The notes below the pieces were generated by a model that made no database searches, was not told the DNA's origin, and worked only from the letters and a program-made list of their open reading frames with translations. Below are positions 47,736-54,785 of a stretch of 64,000 nucleotides of DNA, piece by piece; the stretch's first letter is position 1; each line of letters begins with the position of its first letter. The stretch is from Verrucomicrobiia bacterium (GTDB lineage Bacteria > Verrucomicrobiota > Verrucomicrobiia > Palsa-1439). The stretch is taken from contig JBGQCJ010000002.1 of NCBI GenBank assembly GCA_041495285.1, positions 13,541-77,540 on the forward strand, in the 5' to 3' direction. A program made the position numbers and the translations under genes.

Positions 47736-48949
47736 TTCACGCGCACGGTCGTCTTCTCCACGCCGACGTTGCCTTCGGCGTCGGTGGCGCGGACGGCGAT
47801 GTAATGCGGCCCGGCAGCCAGCGGCGGAACGAGCTTGACCTCGAAGGCTTCCTCCCGGTCGTCAAACACGCCGTCCTTCGGCGCGAAGAATTTCCAGTCG
47901 CCGCCGTCCACGGAGTATTCGAGAAAGCGGATCAAGCTCAGAGCGTCGCGGGCGATGCCGGTCAGCAGGGACTTGCCGGGGTCGAAGGACAACTGCAACA
48001 CTTGTGGTCGCGTGTTGTCCACTTTGACCGGGTCGCTGATTTTTTCGTCGGTCAACGCTTCGCCGGCGGGGTTGGATTCCTCATCGCTCGCGACGAGTTT
48101 GAGGCGATACCAGCCGTCCGGGATCGCTTCGGTTTCCCACGAGTAATCGGTGGTCTTGAGCGGTTTGTCCAACGGCACCGGCACCCAGAACTCGTCGCCT
48201 TGCGCTTGGTAATAGAGCCGGTAGACGAGCGTGTCGCCGTCCTTGTCGGTGGCGCGCCAGCTAATCTTTTTGATTGTGGAAGCCGGTTTCGGTCGGAAGT
48301 CCTCCGTCTTGCGCTCACCGGCTTGGCGCAGGGCTGCCGCGACGGCTGAATCGCCGGTGCCAGAATCGGTTGCGTCCGACTTGCTCTCTGTACCGGAATC
48401 GCGTTTTGGTTTCTCCGTGGCCGGCTTGCGTCCCTCGCCGATGTCGAGGGTGCTGATGTCGGGCTTCTGGTTCTGCATCTGGTAGTAGAGGCTGAGCGAG
48501 TCCAACTCGGGCGCGGAGTTGTTGGAAAGTTGCGCGCGCACTTGGATGAATCGTCCGCGCGGACTGGTGACTTTGCTGGGTGAGTTGCGCAGCGGCTCGG
48601 ACCAGTTCGACCATGTCGAGTCCGGCAAGGCGGTGTTGCCAGTCCGCGTCGCGACCGTCACGGTGCCGGTACCTTTCCATGATAAGTTGCCCCACGTGGT
48701 CAGAAACCGGCAATCGCGCACCTCGCTGGTGAACTCGCCGTCGTTCGCTTTCTTCGCGTCCACGAGATAGCCGCTGCCGACGTTGCCGGTGCCGACGAAC
48801 GCCAGCCGTCCGTCGCGCATCACCAGCGTCAATGCTTGTTGTTCGTCGAAATCGAAGAGCAATTCCCAGAGTTGGTTTCCGACCACGCGATAGACGCGAC
48901 CGGCGCCGGCCATCGCGGTAATCACGCCACCTTCGGCGTCGAGGCCCAT
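47732..48949 (-). CDS. C-terminal part of beta-propeller/FN3-Ig protein (or separate gene) downstream of an in-frame TAA
   Basis: 405 aa. It is in the same frame as ORF 48983..50014, separated only by TAA (48983-48985) plus 11 sense codons. It has an FN3/Ig-like C-terminus (ISWRATDKDGDTLVYRLYYQ..., HYIAVRATDAEGNVG). Confidence 0.7.
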   Translation of the reverse strand: MGLDAEGGVITAMAGAGRVYRVVGNQLWELLFDFDEQQALTLVMRDGRLAFVGTGNVGSGYLVDAKKANDGEFTSEVRDCRFLTTWGNLSWKGTGTVTVATRTGNTALPDSTWSNWSEPLRNSPSKVTSPRGRFIQVRAQLSNNSAPELDSLSLYYQMQNQKPDISTLDIGEGRKPATEKPKRDSGTESKSDATDSGTGDSAVAAALRQAGERKTEDFRPKPASTIKKISWRATDKDGDTLVYRLYYQAQGDEFWVPVPLDKPLKTTDYSWETEAIPDGWYRLKLVASDEESNPAGEALTDEKISDPVKVDNTRPQVLQLSFDPGKSLLTGIARDALSLIRFLEYSVDGGDWKFFAPKDGVFDDREEAFEVKLVPPLAAGPHYIAVRATDAEGNVGVEKTTVRVK

Positions 48950-48982
48950 GCTCAGAATCGCTTCGCTGTCCCAGTTGGCCAG

Positions 48983-50014
48983 TTAATCCACGCGGCCATC
49001 GGCGTTGCGGAGGTACAGCGCGCCTTGCAGCAGGTTCGTCAATCGCGCCGCCATCGGCGTTTCGCGCCCGCGCTCGCCGGCCTCGGCGGTCACGCGTCCG
49101 CCGAACTGGCTGCTGAGCCGCTGCGTCAAATCCTCAAACTCCGCCGCGCTGGGGCGACGCTGGCCCGGCAGTCGTGGACGTTTGATCTTCTGCTTGTTCG
49201 CGCCGACGTACACATCGCGACCGGACACCAGAATGGATTTCACTTCGTCTTCGCTGAATTCGTACAGGACGACGCCTTTGCCTTTCTCGGTGATCCGGTA
49301 GAGCAGGCCGCGGTCGCTGCCGCCGGCCAGCAGCGCGCCGTCGGCGTCGAGCGCGAGGCTCAGGATGTTCGACTCCTCGGCGGCGAACCATTCCTCGGCT
49401 TTGCCGTCGGGCTCGATGCGGTAAATTTTTCCGTCGGGGCCGGTGCCGGCAAAAAGCCGGTCTTGCTTGTCCACCGCCAGTGCCCAGACATACGGCGCGC
49501 GCAACCGGCAGAACTCCGCGCCTTCCTTGTCCTTGCCGGCGGGAATCTTGAAGATTTTTCCTTCCGCCATCGTGGCGGCGTAGAGGTTGCCGCGCGAGTC
49601 CAACGCGATGGCCGTCACCGCAATCGCTTCGGTCTCGAAAAGTTTTGTGGCCTGACCGTTCTTGCCGACGGCGTACACGTCGGCGGGCGAACCGGTACCG
49701 AAGTAGATGGTGCCGTCGCGGCCCACGGTCGAGCACCAGACTTCCTTCGCGAATTCACCGAGTTTCGCGCTGCCGTAGCCGAGATGGAGTTGGCCTTCGC
49801 TGGACACGGTCAGCCGTTGCAGTTTGCCGCGCATGAAGTCGGCCGGGTTGTTCAGTTCCCACCGTTCGGTCTTCACCGCAAAGGATGAGGGGTGAAGGAT
49901 GAAGGATGAAAGAAGCAGGAGACCTGCGGTCAAGCTGCGTGCGCGGTCGGGAGACCGGCGCACAACGGGGGATTTCGGGTTTCGGGTTTCGGGTTTCGGG
50001 TTTTCCATGGTCAT
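48983..50014 (-). CDS. N-terminal part: secreted beta-propeller repeat protein
   Basis: 343 aa with signal-like LTAGLLLLSSFILHPSSFA. Repeated blades (DGTIYFGTG, RGNLYAAT, DRLFAGTGPDGKIYRI, DGALLAGGSDRGLLYRI). ATG 50014 overlaps the S55 stop (ATGA). GTG 49963 is an alternative start just before the signal peptide. Confidence 0.7.
   Translation of the reverse strand: MTMENPKPETRNPKSPVVRRSPDRARSLTAGLLLLSSFILHPSSFAVKTERWELNNPADFMRGKLQRLTVSSEGQLHLGYGSAKLGEFAKEVWCSTVGRDGTIYFGTGSPADVYAVGKNGQATKLFETEAIAVTAIALDSRGNLYAATMAEGKIFKIPAGKDKEGAEFCRLRAPYVWALAVDKQDRLFAGTGPDGKIYRIEPDGKAEEWFAAEESNILSLALDADGALLAGGSDRGLLYRITEKGKGVVLYEFSEDEVKSILVSGRDVYVGANKQKIKRPRLPGQRRPSAAEFEDLTQRLSSQFGGRVTAEAGERGRETPMAARLTNLLQGALYLRNADGRVD
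49973..50000. repeat. perfect heptanucleotide tandem repeat (TTTCGGG)x4, which is (CCCGAAA)x4 (register GAAACCC) on the coding strand
   Basis: Read directly as tttcggg tttcggg tttcggg tttcggg at 49973-50000. A second, imperfect 7-mer repeat (gaaggat x2-3) lies at about 49881-49913 inside the signal-peptide coding region. Confidence 0.9.
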
Positions 50015-51711
50015 TCCTGTCGGATGGGGACGCGGGCCGATGCTTGGCCGGTCAGCACCCAGTCAGTCGGTAGAACGAGTTGCTGGATGTCGGCGGCGTT
50101 GATCACGTCGGTGCGGCTGGAATCGTCCAGCACAGCGAGGGCGCTGGCCGGCAACCGTTTCAGAAGTTTTCCCCGGTACTGCAAGCCTTGCGTCGGCGAT
50201 TGCACGAGCGCCACCAACTCCGTCGAGCGGTGCCGTTTCTGAATGGCGTCCAGAAAATCGTTCAGACTGTCCGGCGGCGCGATGTCGGCGGGGGCGTTGG
50301 CGCCGGCCAACACGCTGACGTTGAGTTCGCGCATCAAATCAGAGGCGGCCGGCACTTCGATCTCGATGGTCCTGGTGATCTCCGGCTGGCCGAACGGTTT
50401 GAGCACGACGCTGAGCGACACGTGCTCGCCGCGTTCGACTTGGGATTTGCTGAAATAGGCGCGTTTGATTTCGGCGGTCTGGCGCGTCAAGGTGGCCGCG
50501 ACGTTGACGCTGATGCGTTTGACGGTCGGATGCCCGAACGGCGTGCTGAAGATGCCGACGAGGGGCGCCAGCGAGTCGGGATCGAGCAGGCCGCCGGCGG
50601 GGTTGAAGAACGTGTCGGTGACGCGCACGGTGCGGTCGGAGAGTTCGGCCTCCAGCGCGACGCGCACGGTGGTTTCCTGCGACGAACCGGACGTGACGGC
50701 GATGGCTTCAGCGATGGCCATCTGCACCAGCAGCGGACTGAACGCTTCATTGTCGATCACTTCCATTGCATACCGCTCGCTGTCGCCGGTATCGGGGTTG
50801 ACGACTTGCACGGCCACCGGGATCATGGCCGCTTTCACTTTTGTGTCGGCGACGATGCAGCTTTGCCAATCGCCCACCATCGAGCCGACTTCCGCGATGC
50901 CGGTCGCCATCTTGAATGAAATGGCGAGGCTGGACATGATGGTGTGCACTTCGGCCAGCACGGCCGGCGCTTCGACGCGGCCGCCTTGGAAGAACGGATG
51001 ACCGAACGCGAGAATCTTGTTCTTGTCCACGTAGGTCGCCGTGCCGACGGCGGTGGCGTTGAGGTCGCCGCGAATGAGTTGGACGCCCAGCGCGCTGCCG
51101 GGCTCGATGCGCGCGAGCGGCTGCCGGAGTTCGGCGGAAGAATCACCGGAGCCGCCGCCCCCCGCGATGGGCAGCAGGCCGAAGCGCTGAAGTTTCTGCG
51201 AGACGAGTTCGATCGTGCGCGGGCTGAATCCTCCCAGCGACAGCGGCGTGAGCAGCGGACGGGGCGTGGTGAAGTCGTCGGGGAGCGTGGAGCGTGGAGC
51301 GGGGAGCGCGGAAGAAGAACTACCGGTTTTTTTGTCCAACTCGGCGAGCATGTTGTGAATGGGCGTGACGCCGGCCAGCGGGTCGTTCTCGAACGACCAG
51401 CCGTAGGCGAGCGCGCCGATGAGTTTGTCATTGATGTAAATGGGGCTGCCGCTCATGCCGGCGATGATCTTGGTTTTCTCCAGATTTGCGCCGCTCATGC
51501 GGATGAGAATCATGTCCTGCTTCGGGAAGGCGTTCTTGAGCACGCCGAGGACTTCGACCTCGAAGCGTTCCGGCTTTGTGCCGTTGAACACGGAGAGGCC
51601 GTAGCCTTTCATGCCGGGTTTGAGTTGCTCGGGGCGGAGGGTTTCGACGGCGCGCGCGGAAAGCGCGAAGGAAGCCAGCAGGGACAAGGAAAGAAGAAGA
51701 CGGTTCATCAC
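50011..51711 (-). CDS. secreted SpoIVB-like (S55) / trypsin-fold serine peptidase domain protein
   Basis: 566 aa with a signal peptide. The N-terminal domain, with GMKGYGLSVFNGTKPERFEVEVLGV...AGMSGSPIYINDKLIGALAYGW, resembles peptidase S55. The C-terminal domains are unknown. Confidence 0.7.
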   Translation of the reverse strand: MMNRLLLSLSLLASFALSARAVETLRPEQLKPGMKGYGLSVFNGTKPERFEVEVLGVLKNAFPKQDMILIRMSGANLEKTKIIAGMSGSPIYINDKLIGALAYGWSFENDPLAGVTPIHNMLAELDKKTGSSSSALPAPRSTLPDDFTTPRPLLTPLSLGGFSPRTIELVSQKLQRFGLLPIAGGGGSGDSSAELRQPLARIEPGSALGVQLIRGDLNATAVGTATYVDKNKILAFGHPFFQGGRVEAPAVLAEVHTIMSSLAISFKMATGIAEVGSMVGDWQSCIVADTKVKAAMIPVAVQVVNPDTGDSERYAMEVIDNEAFSPLLVQMAIAEAIAVTSGSSQETTVRVALEAELSDRTVRVTDTFFNPAGGLLDPDSLAPLVGIFSTPFGHPTVKRISVNVAATLTRQTAEIKRAYFSKSQVERGEHVSLSVVLKPFGQPEITRTIEIEVPAASDLMRELNVSVLAGANAPADIAPPDSLNDFLDAIQKRHRSTELVALVQSPTQGLQYRGKLLKRLPASALAVLDDSSRTDVINAADIQQLVLPTDWVLTGQASARVPIRQE

Positions 51712-52604
51712 TGTGTCTGACCCACGGAGCCGGTCGTGTGTTCAGCGGAGTTGGTGCCGGGTGCCGGCGGGCGGGTGTATTGCTCGACGAAGCTGGTGAC
51801 CTTGTCGCCGTAGGTGTCGAAGGAGTTGATGAAGCTCTCGCGGTGTGGGCCGCGCATCTTGAAAAGTTCCTTCGGCTCCTTTGCAGTGGCAAAGAGCTTT
51901 TGGGAATTGCTGAACGGGATGATCTCGTCGTCCACGCTGTGAATCAGCAGGACCGGCATGTTGATCTTGTTGATTTTACCCAGCGAATCATAATTGTCAC
52001 GCAGCAGCAAATCCCAGGGGATCACCGGCCACTTACGCGTCAGCCGGTCGGCGGTGGACGTGAACGGCGCTTCGAGGATCATGCCGGCGGCGCGCACTTG
52101 CGTCGCGAGGTCGATGGCCACCGCCGCGCCGAGCGATTCGCCGTAGAGGAACAATCGCTCGGCCGGTACGCCGCGCGTTTCGGTGAGGAAAAAATACGCG
52201 GCCAGCGCATCCAGTCCCAAACCGTGTTCACTGGGCGTGCCTTCGCTCTTGCCGTAGCCGCGATAGTCGATAATGAAGACGTCCAGCCCGGCATCGTGAA
52301 ACAGCCGCAGCCGGTCGAGGTTGTAGCTGACGTTGCCGGCGTTGCCGTGGAAAAAGAGCAACGTCGGATGCGTCGAGGCCGTCTCGTCCGCGTCCGCCGG
52401 CACGAACCAGCCGCTGATTTTGACGCCGCCGGAGTCGAGGCTGGCGTTCTTGAACGGCAGACGGATTTTGGCGGGCGTGTCCGTGACGAGCGGGTCGGGC
52501 GAGTAGATCGTGCGTTGCTCGAAATAGCGGAAGCCGAAATACAAGCCTGCGCCGAGCAATAACACGAGAAGGAATTTGGGCCAGCTTCTTCGTCGACGTT
52601 TCAT
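51708..52604 (-). CDS. alpha/beta hydrolase (BEM46/S33-like), membrane-anchored
   Basis: 298 aa with an N-terminal TM. Contains HGNAGN, the nucleophile elbow GESLGAAVA and a late D/H (HSVDDEIIP, GPH). Confidence 0.85.
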   Translation of the reverse strand: MKRRRRSWPKFLLVLLLGAGLYFGFRYFEQRTIYSPDPLVTDTPAKIRLPFKNASLDSGGVKISGWFVPADADETASTHPTLLFFHGNAGNVSYNLDRLRLFHDAGLDVFIIDYRGYGKSEGTPSEHGLGLDALAAYFFLTETRGVPAERLFLYGESLGAAVAIDLATQVRAAGMILEAPFTSTADRLTRKWPVIPWDLLLRDNYDSLGKINKINMPVLLIHSVDDEIIPFSNSQKLFATAKEPKELFKMRGPHRESFINSFDTYGDKVTSFVEQYTRPPAPGTNSAEHTTGSVGQTQ

Positions 52605-52704
52605 AGGTGGCGCGCCGTGAGAGGCGCCGGGTTGGCGTTGTTCATAATGTTATTCGGGGAGTCATGCAATCTGAAAATCCCGGCAACCGGCGGCGGGTCG
52701 CCAC

Positions 52705-52729
52705 CCGGCAGTACAAATTTGTCTGCCGG
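52705..52729. promoter_or_regulatory. near-perfect 25-nt palindrome in the 252-nt divergent intergenic region (candidate operator)
   Basis: CCGGCAG-T-ACAAATTTGT-CTGCCGG. The outer 7-nt arms are perfectly complementary and the core ACAAATTTGT is itself a perfect palindrome. Confidence 0.3.
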
Positions 52730-52856
52730 CGTTGTGGCGATTTGCCGAACCGGTGAATCTGCAGCGAAAGCCGTCGCAGAATTGCGTGTTTTCGCGCGAT
52801 TGCGACAGCGGCATATTCTCTGCTGATTATTGATTTGTTGCGCGGGGTGAACGGCC

Positions 52857-54785
52857 GTGAAACGCTCAGTCACAATACAACTCGGACCCCAGCAGTGGTC
52901 GCCGCGTGCCCGGCTCTACGGCGGGGCGCTGGTGATCACGTTGTCGTATTTGCTCATCGGCACCCTGAACAATGAAAACCGGTCCTGGGTCGAAGTCGAT
53001 CTTTCCACCAGCAGCGTTTCGATCTTGTTGCTGAGCATTGCGGCGGCGGAGGCCTACCTGTACGTGCAGCGGATGCAGAAGTATCAGGCGGAGATTCAGG
53101 CCGCGCGGGCACGTGAACTGGAACTGTCGCAGCGGTTGGCCTTCCAACGTCAGCGCATTCTCAGTCAGATTTCGGGCGTGCTGATTAACTCGCTCGATCT
53201 GAACCAAATGCCGCAGGAAGTCATGGAGAAGGTCGCGGAACTCTTCGAAGCCGATCTCGTGGCGACATGGGTGACCGATCCCAGCGCGCCCGGCAGCTTT
53301 GCGTTGAAAAGCGTGCATGGTCTGACCGGCCACAGCCGCGAACAACTCGAACCCGTCCGCTGGTCGTTCCCGCAGTTTCACACCGACTCGGAAGCGTTGC
53401 GCCAGCTTATTCTCGAAGAGGTCGCGCCGGATGTTTCGGCCACGCTCGCCACGTTTTGCCAGCGCGAGAAACTGGTCTCGGCGGTGCTCAGCCCGATCGT
53501 GAGCCGCAAGGAATTGGCCGGCATCGTCGGCGTGTTCTACCGGCAGCGTCTCTCAGTCTCGCTCTCGCTCGCCGCGGAGATGCAGACCGTCGCCAACGTC
53601 ATCGCCGGTGCGCTGCAAGCCGAGGAGCTTTACCGGGACTTGGTACAGGTCCAGAAGATCGAATCCATCGGCACGTTGACCAGCGGCATCGCCCACGATT
53701 TCAACAACGTACTGGCCGCGATTCTGGCGTGCACTACCTACGTCAAGCAACAGACGGACCCAAAGCATCCCACGTATCGCTATCTGGAGGCGGCCGAATC
53801 CAGCACGCATCGCGGAGCGGCGTTGACGAAGCAGTTGCTGGCGTTCGCGCGCCGCGAAGGTCCGCGTCTCGTCGTGGTGGACGCCAACGACTGCATTGAG
53901 CAGACCTTGAAGATGCTTGACCGCAGTTTCGAAAAGACGATTTTGATTCAACGCGAGATCGCCGGAGACCTGAAACCCGTCGAGGCCGATCCGTCCCAGC
54001 TCGAGCAAGTCATCCTCAATATCGCCGTGAACGCCCGCGACGCGATGGGCGAGAGCGGCATCTTCACCATCACGACGCGCAACGTGCGGCTCGCCCTCAA
54101 CGACCCGTACCGGCCCGATCTCGCGCTGGCCGATGGCGAGTACGTCGTGCTCGGTTTCCGCGACACCGGTCAGGGGATGGAGGCCGGCACGCTGAACCGG
54201 ATTTTTGAGCCGTTCTTTACCACCAAGAGAGTGGGCAAGGGCACCGGGCTTGGGTTGTCGCTGGTGCAAAGCATCGTGAAAAGTTTCCATGGCGAGATCC
54301 GTGTCGAGTCCGCCATCGGCAAGGGCACGTTGTTTGAAGTCTATTTGCCGGCCACCAACAAACCGCTGCCACCGGTGGAGAAGTCCGCGGCGCCGGCGGC
54401 GGCGCGCGGGGGCAAGGAGTTTTTGTTAATTGCGGAAGATGAAGAGGTGATTCGCGAGATGGCGCAGCTCAGCTTGGAGTCCAAAGGTTACAAAGTCATC
54501 GCCGCGTCCGACGGGGCCAGCGCGCTGGCGCGCTACCGCGAACAGTGGCGGGACATTGATCTGGTCATCGCCGACATGGTGATGCCGCGCATGAACGGTC
54601 CGGAGTTGTTCGCCCGCATGAAAGAGATCAATCCCAACGTGCGCGTCATCGTTTCCAGCGGTTACAGCCACGATCAGGAAGGCCGGCGCATGCTCAAGCA
54701 CGGATGCCTCGGCTTCATCCAGAAGCCCTACAATCCGGACGCGCTCAACCAACTCGTCCGTTCCGTCCTCGACTCAGGCCTGTAA
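52857..54785 (+). CDS. hybrid sensor histidine kinase / response regulator
   Basis: 642 aa with two TM segments and a GAF/PAS-like region. H-box GIAHDFNNVL, N/G boxes (NIAVNARDAM, DTGQGM, GTGLGLSLV) and a C-terminal receiver (LLIAEDEEVI...DLVIADMVMPRMNG...K). Confidence 0.9.
   Translation: MKRSVTIQLGPQQWSPRARLYGGALVITLSYLLIGTLNNENRSWVEVDLSTSSVSILLLSIAAAEAYLYVQRMQKYQAEIQAARARELELSQRLAFQRQRILSQISGVLINSLDLNQMPQEVMEKVAELFEADLVATWVTDPSAPGSFALKSVHGLTGHSREQLEPVRWSFPQFHTDSEALRQLILEEVAPDVSATLATFCQREKLVSAVLSPIVSRKELAGIVGVFYRQRLSVSLSLAAEMQTVANVIAGALQAEELYRDLVQVQKIESIGTLTSGIAHDFNNVLAAILACTTYVKQQTDPKHPTYRYLEAAESSTHRGAALTKQLLAFARREGPRLVVVDANDCIEQTLKMLDRSFEKTILIQREIAGDLKPVEADPSQLEQVILNIAVNARDAMGESGIFTITTRNVRLALNDPYRPDLALADGEYVVLGFRDTGQGMEAGTLNRIFEPFFTTKRVGKGTGLGLSLVQSIVKSFHGEIRVESAIGKGTLFEVYLPATNKPLPPVEKSAAPAAARGGKEFLLIAEDEEVIREMAQLSLESKGYKVIAASDGASALARYREQWRDIDLVIADMVMPRMNGPELFARMKEINPNVRVIVSSGYSHDQEGRRMLKHGCLGFIQKPYNPDALNQLVRSVLDSGL

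Noticed and set aside
52601-52873. 90-aa minus-strand ORF in the large intergenic gap
   Set aside because: It has no start context, no recognisable motif and an odd composition. It overlaps the ends of both flanking genes and is more likely non-coding regulatory DNA.
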